From: Candidatus Hydrogenedens sp.
Lineage (GTDB): Bacteria > Hydrogenedentota > Hydrogenedentia > Hydrogenedentales > Hydrogenedentaceae
Reading direction: 5' to 3'
Length of the DNA stretch: 64,000 bases
NCBI GenBank assembly: GCA_035361075.1
Contig: DAOSBX010000013.1
Location: forward strand, 10,160 to 74,159
Below the pieces are notes generated by a model. The model was not told where the DNA came from and did no database searches. It saw nothing but the letters and a program-made list of their open reading frames with translations. Position 1 is the first letter of the stretch; every line of letters starts with the position of its first letter. Both the position numbers and the translations under genes were made by a program. This document shows positions 28,927 through 39,629 of this stretch, one piece after another.

Positions 28927-30486
28927 CTATTCCGGGAAGAGACCGATGGGAGCAGATAGAGATTGATTGATTATCGCCTGTATGTCAGAGGCTCCCAACC
29001 CATTACCGTCAACATCTATATCTTTATCAATTGGTGTAATGCCCAAAATGACCTCTACTGCAAGGTCTACATCTTCATCGTTTACTTTATCATCTCCATT
29101 AATGTCACCATCGCTCAGGGGAACATCTTGACGCGTTGCCCATCCATCAACGACCTCAACCCCATTTACACGGTAGGGAATATATCCGGGTACAGTAAAA
29201 GCAAGGTTGTATATGCCGGGTAATAATAGTCGGTGATAATTCCCAACACGCGGATGAGTAAATACGGGTTGTGTGTTCCCCTGCACTAAAACTTTTGTCC
29301 AGACAGGATTTCCCGTTTTTCTATCATATACAAGTCCTCGCACTCCTCGTAAAATACACTCTAAATAAGACAGCATAGATTCTCGATTATTATTCCACAG
29401 TGTCGGTATCCATGACCCTGCTGGAAATTTAGTATTGTATAACTCTATTGTCATTTCAATACATCCTGTAAAGCGATAATTCCAGTCTTGCATACCCCCC
29501 GTAATAACATACCATGCTGCGCCATTTGTTATCCCACCGGGAAATTGGGAACTGTTATACATAGGTGTGTTATACATAGCATATTGCGTGGCTATCCACT
29601 TCATTAGAGCATCATCTGGTGTAGGTGCTTCCACACCACTGGGTCCTCCGTCGTTATCGTAGGGATAATTCACAACCATAGCACCTGTATGAAAATTTGC
29701 GGATAGACTAAAATTATGTTCTAATGACCATCGCATAATATGCTGTGTCTCAGGTTGCCGTGTTTCAATAGATATGTTACCCCCATCATAATAAAATGTG
29801 TCAAAGTCGGTAGGATAACGAGGAAAAGAACGGTTTAAATCCACTCCGTTAGCATTATATCGTGATACCGTCTCACGTCCATCTGGATTTATCAAAGGCA
29901 CAATCCATATAGAAACCTCATCAACAACATTTTTTATTCTCGTATCTGTGGAATAGTTTTGTAGAAGATATTCCGCAAAAAGCAAACACAATTCCGTTCC
30001 AATGGGTTCATCTCCATGTATTGTGGAAATATACTTAAACTCTGGTTCATCTTCTTCTATATCTGGGTTATCTGTAATGTGAAGTGCCCATAACTCTCGC
30101 CCCTGTACAGATTGTCCCAATGAAGTTAGGCGGGTAAGATCTGGATACGTATTAGTGAGGCTTTGTAAAAATTGTGTTAATTCCGCATAGTTATGATACC
30201 CCGAAGGTGTTTTTTCTAAGTGAGGTGAAGGGTCTGTTCCTATAACTTGTAGTTCAAAACCCTCGTTTTTTAGTTTTTCCATTGCGGATTCTGGAATATA
30301 AACATGTGCATATCGTCCATCAAACGAATCAACAGAATAACCTTGTTGCTCAAGATAATCAATATCCGACATGTTTTCAATGTTTACTTTCACAATATAT
30401 CGGACAGGTAAAGATGCCTTCTGTGCAAAAGATTCGTTTTCTAACAAGTAACAAATAAGTAATAAAATAAATGCTAACTTCTTCAC
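28927..30486 (-). CDS. Secreted M14-family zinc carboxypeptidase with C-terminal dockerin-like module
   Basis: Signal peptide. HGDEPIGTE (HxxE zinc site). C-terminal tandem Ca-binding dockerin-type repeats DINGDDKVNDEDVDLAVEVILG and DVDGNGLGASDIQAIINQSL. Confidence 0.75.
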   Translation of the reverse strand: MKKLAFILLLICYLLENESFAQKASLPVRYIVKVNIENMSDIDYLEQQGYSVDSFDGRYAHVYIPESAMEKLKNEGFELQVIGTDPSPHLEKTPSGYHNYAELTQFLQSLTNTYPDLTRLTSLGQSVQGRELWALHITDNPDIEEDEPEFKYISTIHGDEPIGTELCLLFAEYLLQNYSTDTRIKNVVDEVSIWIVPLINPDGRETVSRYNANGVDLNRSFPRYPTDFDTFYYDGGNISIETRQPETQHIMRWSLEHNFSLSANFHTGAMVVNYPYDNDGGPSGVEAPTPDDALMKWIATQYAMYNTPMYNSSQFPGGITNGAAWYVITGGMQDWNYRFTGCIEMTIELYNTKFPAGSWIPTLWNNNRESMLSYLECILRGVRGLVYDRKTGNPVWTKVLVQGNTQPVFTHPRVGNYHRLLLPGIYNLAFTVPGYIPYRVNGVEVVDGWATRQDVPLSDGDINGDDKVNDEDVDLAVEVILGITPIDKDIDVDGNGLGASDIQAIINQSLSAPIGLFPE

Positions 30487-30723
30487 TTCTACATAAAACC
30501 TTAAAATATAACTTCAAATGTAAATGATATAAAAAATATATAATATTATAACCTTTAAATAATATCTAACAGCATATTATTCCTTAAAATACTGTGTTAA
30601 TCTTCTTAGCATAACCAAGAGTTTGCTTTAAGGTCTTACTACATATAGTTTGACAATGGTCAATACTATCTCTCCTCCATTTCAAAAGCGAGTTAAGGAG
30701 GACTTATAAGTTAGTCAATCTTT

Positions 30724-32754
30724 TTATTTTACAATTAACACATAGGTTTTTGTTTGAACTTGTTTATCAGCACCCTGTACCTGTAACTCCAAAGTATATT
30801 CACCTGATAAAGGAAAAGAGTACGTAAAGGAGGACTCTTTGAACCTGTCTTTCCCTTGAATAGTCCATTCACATTTTTTTATTAATGTTTCTACTTGATA
30901 ACTTAGACTTGCCCCTTCTGGAAAATCTTCACCGATAGATATCGGCAATCTACCAGGTGGCATAGCTACTAATTCTTTTAATGAAAAAGTATACTCACGA
31001 TTTGCCTCCAATATAGAATCCTCAATAACTGAACGAAAGCGGAATGATGGGAAACCGACCAATGTTTCCGCTAATGCCTTTATTGCAATTTGATAAGCAG
31101 GAGGTTCTGCATAGGTAATTAGGATTGCATCTGCTTTTTTGGCACATACAAGTGCCTGAGGATGTCCCAAAACTAAGGCAATAACTTTGGCTCCTGTCTC
31201 TTTTATACGATTTATGAATTCTTCTTGTTCTTTTAGCCGAAGAGAAGAGACAATAGTACATATCGCAATCGGGAATTTACCAACATTTTTCACCGCACGT
31301 TCAATGTCAAAATCCTGAATATAACCTAAACGAAGTGATGATGTCATCGGTTGCAATCCGATGTTTTTATGGTACTTCTGTAAATACTCATCTAATTCCT
31401 TAACACCAACAGGACCAGCAATACCTATCCCTTGAGTAGAGCCTTTGACGATTGGCAGTATATCCCCATGATTACGAACCAGTGTAATGGAATTTTTGAT
31501 AATAAAGTAGGAATAGTCGTACAAATCACCTTTTTGTTTCGTTAGTTCTGTTGGCTTAATCGGTTTTTCTTTACTCACTACAGCAATTTGAGCGTTCTTC
31601 AATGATTTAATATTATTATAGGCTTGTTCTATCCGTTCGATTGGAATTTCATTCCGCTGAACTGCGAGGGTGATACGATCGATGGCTCGGCTTGCTGTAT
31701 TAGCAGGTCCGCGATAATAAAGCACATCGGCACCATATCGTAACGCCTCTACACCCGCCTCAGATGAATCCATAAACTCTACTACTTCAGGTGCATCTAA
31801 GGGACCTGCAATAACCACACCAGTAAAATTTAATTGTTTCCTTAGTAAATCTGACAAGACATAACGTGAAATACAAGCAGGTTTCCCCTGTGGGTCTAAA
31901 GTTGGCACTAACGTTGTCCCAACATGAATTATTGGAACCCCTTCCTCCATCAGCATTTTATAAGGTAGAATATCATTCTCTGCAAGGTATTGTTCTGGGG
32001 TGAGCAACACTGCAGGTTGAACTCCTTCACGATTGGTTTGTCCCCCTGGAAAATCCATCGGCACCATCAGTGCGGAAGGGGTATTCCATAGGTGGTACAT
32101 CTGTACCGCAATGTCAGCTGATATTTTTGCATTAGACCCGAAACATTGCAGATCCCTACGGGCTTTGGGCAATGTCGACGCTAAGCTTAAATGTGGACCT
32201 AACATCATGTTTAATCCCAAACCCTGAATATAACTACGCCAAAGCTGAACTATTTTTTCTATATTTTGGGTCTCAGGGTTGGCTGACAAAGACAAAAGTG
32301 GAGGCAAATTAATATATGGCGAAGGAGCACCTCGTTCTCGCTCCGTCACCTCATATATATCGCCTGCTAACCATAGCGGTAATCCTGGATTCCGAACCGC
32401 AAAACGTATCCCCGCCAAATAATCTTCTGCCCACTTCGGTTCAAGAATCCGTGGAACAACCACACCTGCAGGTGTATATTGATTTAGAAAAATACGGTCA
32501 CCAGAAATAGTACCATGTGTCCCTTGTAGGGTAATTAGAAATAACTGACCAATCTTTAACTGGAGCGTTTCTTCTTGCTTTGGTGATTTATCTGCGTCCG
32601 TCTCGATTTGTTTATTCTCTTCCTTCTCCTGAATTTGTATCTCATCGCTATGTATTGCAATAGGTGGCTTATTATCAATATTTTCAACGCCAAAAATCCC
32701 TAATAGAGTTAATAATATTAGGAACATAAAATCTCCTAATGAGTTATTTTGCAA
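30724..32754 (-). CDS. Glycoside-hydrolase-family-3-like protein with substituted catalytic residues and a 330-aa C-terminal extension
   Basis: Collinear with NagZ/GH3 N-domain blocks (GQLFLITLQG, LWLAGDIYEVTERERG, MMLGPHLSLAS, IIHVG...FTGVVIAGPLD). The KHFPGHG block reads MDFPGGQ, and the SDDL nucleophile block reads AGPLD. Confidence 0.5.
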   Translation of the reverse strand: MQNNSLGDFMFLILLTLLGIFGVENIDNKPPIAIHSDEIQIQEKEENKQIETDADKSPKQEETLQLKIGQLFLITLQGTHGTISGDRIFLNQYTPAGVVVPRILEPKWAEDYLAGIRFAVRNPGLPLWLAGDIYEVTERERGAPSPYINLPPLLSLSANPETQNIEKIVQLWRSYIQGLGLNMMLGPHLSLASTLPKARRDLQCFGSNAKISADIAVQMYHLWNTPSALMVPMDFPGGQTNREGVQPAVLLTPEQYLAENDILPYKMLMEEGVPIIHVGTTLVPTLDPQGKPACISRYVLSDLLRKQLNFTGVVIAGPLDAPEVVEFMDSSEAGVEALRYGADVLYYRGPANTASRAIDRITLAVQRNEIPIERIEQAYNNIKSLKNAQIAVVSKEKPIKPTELTKQKGDLYDYSYFIIKNSITLVRNHGDILPIVKGSTQGIGIAGPVGVKELDEYLQKYHKNIGLQPMTSSLRLGYIQDFDIERAVKNVGKFPIAICTIVSSLRLKEQEEFINRIKETGAKVIALVLGHPQALVCAKKADAILITYAEPPAYQIAIKALAETLVGFPSFRFRSVIEDSILEANREYTFSLKELVAMPPGRLPISIGEDFPEGASLSYQVETLIKKCEWTIQGKDRFKESSFTYSFPLSGEYTLELQVQGADKQVQTKTYVLIVK

Positions 32755-32877
32755 ATTACTTTGTTAGTATTAATTCTTTTACAAAATATAATAACAAAAT
32801 TATATGCAATAATAGAGATTCATACCCTTAAAAAATAGAGATACATATACTATAGAATTACAGTAAATCCTCAACCC

Positions 32878-33360
32878 TTAAAAACCAATTATCATACGGA
32901 GTTTTTTCAAAAAATAAGAATATTCATCAACCGTCATACTTTTTTGATTTCTATTTAATGCGAAAACAGCATCCCCTATCTTCGGGTCTAATGAGTCAGA
33001 TGGTGGATACTCATTAATTTTCTCACTAATGCTCATATATAAAGAACCAGACTCTTGAATTTTATAAATCCCCCAATCAAAATAAGCAACATTTCCTTCT
33101 GTACCCCAGTCAAATTTTATTCTATGTGGGTCAACCGATGTGTCAGTTGTGTAAAAACCATTCTTTGATTTTCCAAATACGTTTACACTTGTTTTGCCGT
33201 CTTTGAAATAAAAACTTGACTCACCTAACAATTGACCTTTGCGGAATGTCTGTCCTTTCCAATTTCCATTCAAATCTGGGTCTGGTGGTCCAGAACAACC
33301 AACTAATATCAACATAAAAAAACACACGATGAGCAGAGGCAAGTAACGGTTCCTCAACAT
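32878..33360 (-). CDS. Small lipoprotein, hypothetical
   Basis: Signal peptide with lipobox LVGCSG. 160 aa. Confidence 0.5.
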   Translation of the reverse strand: MLRNRYLPLLIVCFFMLILVGCSGPPDPDLNGNWKGQTFRKGQLLGESSFYFKDGKTSVNVFGKSKNGFYTTDTSVDPHRIKFDWGTEGNVAYFDWGIYKIQESGSLYMSISEKINEYPPSDSLDPKIGDAVFALNRNQKSMTVDEYSYFLKKLRMIIGF

Positions 33361-33891
33361 AATTACCTCCTTACTAATTATTTTAAGTTTACTTAAATTA
33401 TCACCGCTTTTATCTTAAAGGTTTATTACGTATATTTTATTATTTCAATTGTATAAATAAAAATATGAATTTTGCATCTTTGATGCTCTTTTTATCTTGT
33501 ATGTGTTGATAAATATTTTGGTTATAGTTTTATTTGTATTTATTTGTGGCCATTCATGGCTAAAAGAACAACGAAGCCATCTCATCTGTTTTATGTAGTT
33601 GTAAAAGTTTTGTAATGATCTAATTAGGGTGAGCATCGTTTCTCTAACCATACACATTTCTTAATGTTCATGTAGGAGCAAACCTATGTGTTTGCCCTGA
33701 CGTATGTAGTTAATCAAAACGTATGTATTTGCCTCTACTAAATTTCCCTTTTAATTTAAATTAAATATGAGGTATTTCAAGTGATAAAATAAGCAGATAC
33801 TCAATAAAAGAGAGTGATATTAGAAAACGGCTATCTTTATGGTATCCTATATTCATAAAGTATGGTAATACTTAAAACAAAGTCATAGTTT

Positions 33892-35610
33892 ATGGTTGCT
33901 TTTTATATTTTATTTTGTGTTTCATGTGCAAATGATGTTGGGCAGATTTATTCTTCTTTAGCGGAGAAAAATGATAGTGCTCGTCTTTGGCTTGTTGCAG
34001 ACCCACAAATAGGACCAGCGGATAGCGATTCTGGCTATGAACGAGAATTGGAATTGTTATTAGAAAAGTTTGTTGAGTTAGCAAATCAGGAACAACCCGA
34101 TGTTGTAATATTTAACGGCGATTTAGTTGCCTTTCCTAAGCCTAATTATTTTGCAGGTTTCGAGAAGGCAGTGAAACCGTTAAAGATGCCGATAGCATTA
34201 GTTCATGGAAATCATGATGGAAAATATAACGATGGTTTGTTCTTAGATTTGCAGGAGCATCTATGTGGTTTTCGTGCACCGAATTATGCTTTTGATATTG
34301 GAACATGGCGGATGGTGATTTTATGTGCACCTGAATTACTGTCACCGAACGGTGGTTTTGAGGAGCAATTAAGCTGGCTTGAGAATGAATTGCATGAGGC
34401 ATGGCGTCGACCTGTAGTAGTATTTTTACACTATCATTTACTGCCTGTAGGTCTATCACAATTGGAATATTACACATACCCAAAAGATAAGAAAAACAAA
34501 TTGTTAGATGTTCTTGTCCGCTATGGCAATGTCCAATATGTGTTTATGGGGCATGTTCATAATGGAGTTAAAGCTTCAGTCAGAACTGCTTGGGAGTATC
34601 AGGGCACAACGTTTGTGGTTCTTCCAACGTTAGTTAACGGTAGAGCCTTTGGAGAAGAGTACCCACAATTTAATACTAATCAAGATCGGGGTTATTTCGC
34701 AGAGGCAGAAATATCCCAATCAAAATTAAAACTATATGGTAGGCAATTAGGTTGTTCTGCAAAATATGAATTTCCTGAACGATTTCCTATCTTCACCCGT
34801 GACATGGACCCTCGTGCATTTGAACATTGGTGTAAAATTGCGAATACACCAGAGATTGTAAATGGAGATTTTGAAAATAAGTCGAAAGGTTGGTTTTTCC
34901 CATATCGGTATCAATCAGAGCAGGAATCAGGATTTATTTGGGAAACAAAATCATGCGACCAGTTTTCAGGTACCACAGCATTACATCTCTACACTCGATA
35001 TAAGGGACATGCATGGCAATATGACGAGACAATGGATGTCTATCAGGTATTACGAGTTCCTAATAACAATGTAAAGCCTACATGTAAGTTGCAATATTAT
35101 GTTCCAAATAACGAAAAGAGCTTTTATGGTGGGGGTTATATCCGTATCGCATTATTTGCAGACACGGAGCTTCGTTGGATGTGGGTAGGTCATTGGGGAG
35201 CCCGTGAGGAGCGAGTAAAACACATTCCAAAAATATGGAATTATCACGACGAATATCCAAAAAAAGCGAGGACATTAGACCAATATAGGGAACAAGGAAT
35301 TATGGTATCAATGCGGTTACCCGATTATGGATACAGGTCGCATCAAATCAGCCTTAACCTTCCAGAAATCTACCAATTAATAAATGTGGACAAATCATTT
35401 GATTCGTTAAACTTCGATACAATGCTTGTTATGCTTGGAGTCTGGTGTGGTAATGAAGAAGGTTCATTTAGCGGTGCATGGTTCGACAACATCACCGTAG
35501 ATTGGCAAGGGAACACCAATTCGACCATAGATAATAAATCTATATCACTTGAAATGTTTTCACTTCCTCTACCATACGGTAAATGGTATTCTATGGGTCA
35601 CGACAAATAA
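33892..35610 (+). CDS. Calcineurin-like metallophosphoesterase with large C-terminal domain
   Basis: Metallophosphoesterase motifs (WLVADPQIG, GDLV, VHGNHD, GHVH). 572 aa. Confidence 0.7.
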   Translation: MVAFYILFCVSCANDVGQIYSSLAEKNDSARLWLVADPQIGPADSDSGYERELELLLEKFVELANQEQPDVVIFNGDLVAFPKPNYFAGFEKAVKPLKMPIALVHGNHDGKYNDGLFLDLQEHLCGFRAPNYAFDIGTWRMVILCAPELLSPNGGFEEQLSWLENELHEAWRRPVVVFLHYHLLPVGLSQLEYYTYPKDKKNKLLDVLVRYGNVQYVFMGHVHNGVKASVRTAWEYQGTTFVVLPTLVNGRAFGEEYPQFNTNQDRGYFAEAEISQSKLKLYGRQLGCSAKYEFPERFPIFTRDMDPRAFEHWCKIANTPEIVNGDFENKSKGWFFPYRYQSEQESGFIWETKSCDQFSGTTALHLYTRYKGHAWQYDETMDVYQVLRVPNNNVKPTCKLQYYVPNNEKSFYGGGYIRIALFADTELRWMWVGHWGAREERVKHIPKIWNYHDEYPKKARTLDQYREQGIMVSMRLPDYGYRSHQISLNLPEIYQLINVDKSFDSLNFDTMLVMLGVWCGNEEGSFSGAWFDNITVDWQGNTNSTIDNKSISLEMFSLPLPYGKWYSMGHDK

Positions 35611-35663
35611 ACATCAGGGCTCGGCTCGTGTTTGAAAATATATTTTATTTTACTTTGTAAAAA

Positions 35664-37094
35664 TTAGGTTCTATATGCCCTTAATACACGAGGAAGGTCA
35701 AATAATTCGTGGGCATTACGATTCATAATACGTTGAACCAAGGTAGGTACTTCGGACTCGCTAAGCCAGCCTTCTTGTAATAGGTGCATTATTGCCAGAG
35801 CAATTCCTTTGCGGGCAATTTTAGCATGCCCTGGAACAAGTTCTACAGGAATATAATCACCACCGAAGGTGAATATCTTATGTGCAGGTGCTGTAGTAAG
35901 GAACTCCTTCAAAAATCGTGTTGCAGAAGCAGGGTCAATAATCCACGACCAGCACATGTCCGCATAGACATTGTGGTAATGTTTGCATAAGGCTATTAAT
36001 TCATGTTGATATGGATATGAAATATGCATCAGCACAAAAGTTGTATTCGGGAAGTCTTTGATTAGCGATACGAGGTCAGATAGGTTATCACGAACTCGTG
36101 ATAAATCCATTCCATCATATCCAGCGAAATATCCCGTGTGCAATTTTACAGGCAAATGATATTCTGTAGCACATTGCAAGCACTTGCGGAATAAGTTGTC
36201 TTGAATGGCTTTAAGTTCTTCAGGCTTTAAGGAACTCGGTTTTTGAACAAATTGTTTAAAGATGGACTCTATATCCTTATCCTTAACATTTTCGTATAAG
36301 AGCCGTCTCCTGTAAGCGGACTGGTCTTTTATAGCAATTGCCTTCTGCCCGAATCGTTCGAAGATATGTTCAATTGTGGTATGGGCTTGTTTTAATGTCT
36401 TTATTGGTTTCTCTGCAAATTTATTCAGATTAGAAATTTTAGAAATAGAACTGGCAATGCCAACTGTGGATATATCGAAACATAACAGGTCTGAAGCAGG
36501 TTCACTTTCCCTAAAGGTTCCACTTTGTAGGCAATTAACCTGTGCATAATCGATATGTGCTACGTCACGTAATATTCGGCGATAGAAACCAGATTGAATT
36601 TGTTCATTTAACTGCTGGCTTATGGTTTCACAATTTTCTTCACAAATATCGTCTTCTCCGTAAAGGGCTTTTACACTTTCACGAACACACAGTAAATAGC
36701 CGGTATTTCTGCATCGTTCATAAAATGGTGCTATCAATTTCCATTTATCCTTAGGGGATAATTCCCATGAAATAAGTTTTTTATAATCATCTCGGGATAG
36801 TCCAGATACCTGTAGGTCAGAATCCGCATAGTGGCTAAAAAGCATTCCAAAATCAGGAGCAGGTGTTTTGTCCTTATTCCCTTTGTTTGCAATTCGGTCG
36901 CTCTCAGGAGGCAGATGTTCATGAGTATCTACAAAAGGTGTCTTTTCAACTAAGCCATATACATCCGATAAAAGTTCTGTGGATAGATTACTGGTGGCAA
37001 TAATTGACGGTGAATTAGTACCACCAAGCATACTTAAACTAAAAGTAGAGCCTGTTATGCCGATAAAGTCTCGGCGATTTATGTTTTCACTCAT
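35664..37094 (-). CDS. Tat-exported amidohydrolase-superfamily protein (TIM-barrel metal-dependent hydrolase)
   Basis: Twin-arginine signal NRRDFIGITG. FVDTHEHL metal-binding motif near the N-terminus. Confidence 0.55.
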   Translation of the reverse strand: MSENINRRDFIGITGSTFSLSMLGGTNSPSIIATSNLSTELLSDVYGLVEKTPFVDTHEHLPPESDRIANKGNKDKTPAPDFGMLFSHYADSDLQVSGLSRDDYKKLISWELSPKDKWKLIAPFYERCRNTGYLLCVRESVKALYGEDDICEENCETISQQLNEQIQSGFYRRILRDVAHIDYAQVNCLQSGTFRESEPASDLLCFDISTVGIASSISKISNLNKFAEKPIKTLKQAHTTIEHIFERFGQKAIAIKDQSAYRRRLLYENVKDKDIESIFKQFVQKPSSLKPEELKAIQDNLFRKCLQCATEYHLPVKLHTGYFAGYDGMDLSRVRDNLSDLVSLIKDFPNTTFVLMHISYPYQHELIALCKHYHNVYADMCWSWIIDPASATRFLKEFLTTAPAHKIFTFGGDYIPVELVPGHAKIARKGIALAIMHLLQEGWLSESEVPTLVQRIMNRNAHELFDLPRVLRAYRT

Positions 37095-37225
37095 AAAATC
37101 ATCCCTTCTTAAATGAACAATGTTATTATAATACTGTTTTTAAAAATACTATGTAAATATTCAAAAGTGAAAGATATTATTGCTCCATTAAAAAGACATA
37201 GGGTATATATAGTTTGTATATATTT

Positions 37226-38311
37226 TTACTTTAGGTAGAATAGAAATTCTTTTAGGAGAGTAGGCAATTCGGAAAACAAAGTTTTTGCATTAAGACGTAG
37301 GCTAAATTCAGTATTGGTTGTATCCCAGCAGTACTTTTTACAACGGCAGACCTGCATCCGATACTGATGAAATTCTTGCGAATGCCATATATCTTCAAGG
37401 GATTTATTTCTTACGGACAATGTACTTTCAATATCACAACAAGCACCTATGTTCCCTTCTGGTGTAATTATGCAATCCAAAAAACCTGCATAGCACGTGA
37501 ATTTATTAGGTTGAATAAACGTTCTCGGAATTCCTTTATAAAAATTATCGGAGGTCGTAAGTATTTTTTCCTGTTTGCAAAGTGCCTGTGTCTGTTTCAG
37601 TTCTTCCTCAAGCTCTTTAATATCATTTGCATCGAAAAAGTATTCTGTCCATGAATCCTCACGTTTAAATCGATGGAGTAAATTTTTATGTACTGGGGCA
37701 AACTTAATTTGATGAACCCCTGCTTCTTTTGCCAGTTTAACAAGGTTGGACATTCCTCGAAAGTTTTTCCGCGTTATCACAACATTAATGCTCGTTCTTA
37801 TCTCAGGTGCAATTTTATGAATCCATAGTATCCCTTCCATTGTTCGTTTAAACTGTCCTTTACCTCTGATAGAGTCATGGACTTCTTCCGAAGCACTATC
37901 CAAAGAAAAGGAAATGGTTTTTACACCAGCCTCTTTTAAGGATTGGGCTCTTGATTTGTCAATAAGTGTGCCATTTGTGCAAAGGTGTGTAGAAATATTA
38001 TTTTTGTCCGCACATGCTATGATTTCTTCAAGGTCTTTTCGTAGTAGTGGTTCTCCACCAGATATTGAAATAATCATTGTCCCCAATTTCTTTGCAGAAT
38101 GGATAACGTTCTTCCACTCTTCTGTATTCAATTCTTTTGGATTGTAAATTTCTCTCAGTTCACAAAGACCACACATAACACAACGAAGATTACAGCGGTA
38201 CGTAACAAAGGCAATAAGAATAGGTAAATAGTAAGGGATAGACTCCCTCCATCGACTCCAAATGATATTTGCTACCTTAACACCTGTTTTTATTGGGGTT
38301 ATAATATTCAT
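37226..38311 (-). CDS. Radical SAM enzyme with C-terminal SPASM/twitch-type Cys-rich domain
   Basis: CNLRCVMC (CxxxCxxC). Glycine-rich SAM motif ISISGGEPLL. C-terminal Cys cluster CYAGFLDCIITPEGNIGACCDIE...CRCKKYC. Confidence 0.8.
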   Translation of the reverse strand: MNIITPIKTGVKVANIIWSRWRESIPYYLPILIAFVTYRCNLRCVMCGLCELREIYNPKELNTEEWKNVIHSAKKLGTMIISISGGEPLLRKDLEEIIACADKNNISTHLCTNGTLIDKSRAQSLKEAGVKTISFSLDSASEEVHDSIRGKGQFKRTMEGILWIHKIAPEIRTSINVVITRKNFRGMSNLVKLAKEAGVHQIKFAPVHKNLLHRFKREDSWTEYFFDANDIKELEEELKQTQALCKQEKILTTSDNFYKGIPRTFIQPNKFTCYAGFLDCIITPEGNIGACCDIESTLSVRNKSLEDIWHSQEFHQYRMQVCRCKKYCWDTTNTEFSLRLNAKTLFSELPTLLKEFLFYLK

Positions 38312-38332
38312 TTTCTAATCAAATCATGAATG

Positions 38333-39583
38333 TTATTTGTTTGTATCTAATACTGTCGTTGAGAAAGAAGATAGAGATTTACACACTTCTTCAAAAACGT
38401 TGTCTACCGATATCATTTGTACACATAAATTGTTATTACAGAAAGAAAACCGATAATTATGAGCGTTCAGGCATGGGCTACATGCGAGGTTTGTATATAA
38501 CACATGCACATTATCTCCAATAGGTGCAAACAGGACGGGGGTTTCAGGCCCAAATAATACAACAATTCCTATCGTTGATGTTGTCGCAAAATGAGCTGGT
38601 CCACTATCATTTGTTACCAAAACATCACAAAGGTTGTATAACGTTAGCAAGTCCTCAAAATCTGTCTCACCTGCTGTATTGATAAAGTAATCGGTTCCGA
38701 ACGTTCTTTCAAACTTTGATAGTTCTTCACGTTCTTCAGCAAAACCTGTTAGCACGAACACAATTTCAGGATATCGTTGAATGAGTTTTTCGCATAGACT
38801 AAAATAATTTTCAAATGGCCATTTACGAACACGAAGCAAATCACATGGATTAGGAGTTAGAATAACATAAGGCTTCTTTTTCCCGTGTGTTGGGTCGATA
38901 CCAAGCCGTTGTTCCCATTTCCGCTTTCGTTCTGGATGTGGGACATAACGCGGAATGATTAATGGTTCATGCAAGAAGGGGATTTTTAGTAAAGGTATTT
39001 CAAATGGTTTTTCCTTAATTGCCTCTACCATAAGGAGATATACATAAGCAGTGTGTATATAAGGGTTATAGGTTACCTTATGTGTCATTAGATTGCCCCG
39101 ATAAGGCGTATCGTTCAAGAATCCATGCATTCCAACCCGTGCTCGGGCTCCACTAAGGTAGGTAATAATTGCGGAACCCCTTGAGAAAAATTCGCAGTCT
39201 ATAGCCGTGTCTATTTTTATCCGACGGCATTTACACATGTATCTAAACACATCACGGAGAAGCCTGAAAACATTTGATGTGTCAATCTCAATGATATTTT
39301 CTTTTGGCAGTATTTCTAATGTCGGCAAAACAAAACTATTTTTCTTAAACACACACGCATAAACATTCTCTTTACCAACCCATTGTTTTGCTCTCTCTAA
39401 TGCTGGAATTGCTAATACCATAGCCCCTTGTTCAATTAATTTTACGAAAATAATCTTTTTGGGGTTATGAATTTCCCCCTTTACCCTTGAAAATAAAGAG
39501 CATATTTTATTGAAGATAGTTAACAGAAAACAGAGAAGTATGCCGACCCATCGGTCAAGAAGACGAATTGTTTCGGATTGCAA
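38333..39583 (-). CDS. GT9-family glycosyltransferase (heptosyltransferase-like)
   Basis: Signature VTNDSGPAHFATTSTIGIVVLFGPETP (compare NDSGPMHLAAA of WaaC/WaaF/TibC). 416 aa. Lies 21 nt upstream of the radical-SAM gene on the same strand. Confidence 0.8.
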   Translation of the reverse strand: MQSETIRLLDRWVGILLCFLLTIFNKICSLFSRVKGEIHNPKKIIFVKLIEQGAMVLAIPALERAKQWVGKENVYACVFKKNSFVLPTLEILPKENIIEIDTSNVFRLLRDVFRYMCKCRRIKIDTAIDCEFFSRGSAIITYLSGARARVGMHGFLNDTPYRGNLMTHKVTYNPYIHTAYVYLLMVEAIKEKPFEIPLLKIPFLHEPLIIPRYVPHPERKRKWEQRLGIDPTHGKKKPYVILTPNPCDLLRVRKWPFENYFSLCEKLIQRYPEIVFVLTGFAEEREELSKFERTFGTDYFINTAGETDFEDLLTLYNLCDVLVTNDSGPAHFATTSTIGIVVLFGPETPVLFAPIGDNVHVLYTNLACSPCLNAHNYRFSFCNNNLCVQMISVDNVFEEVCKSLSSFSTTVLDTNK

Positions 39584-39629
39584 GGGTTAATTCCTTTTTT
39601 CTCAAAATATGAGTTATTTTACCGAATGT

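Noticed and set aside
33445-33657. 70-aa ORF in the long AT-rich intergenic region
   Set aside because: No RBS. Composition typical of AT-rich non-coding DNA. Lies in a divergent promoter region, so it is most likely spurious.
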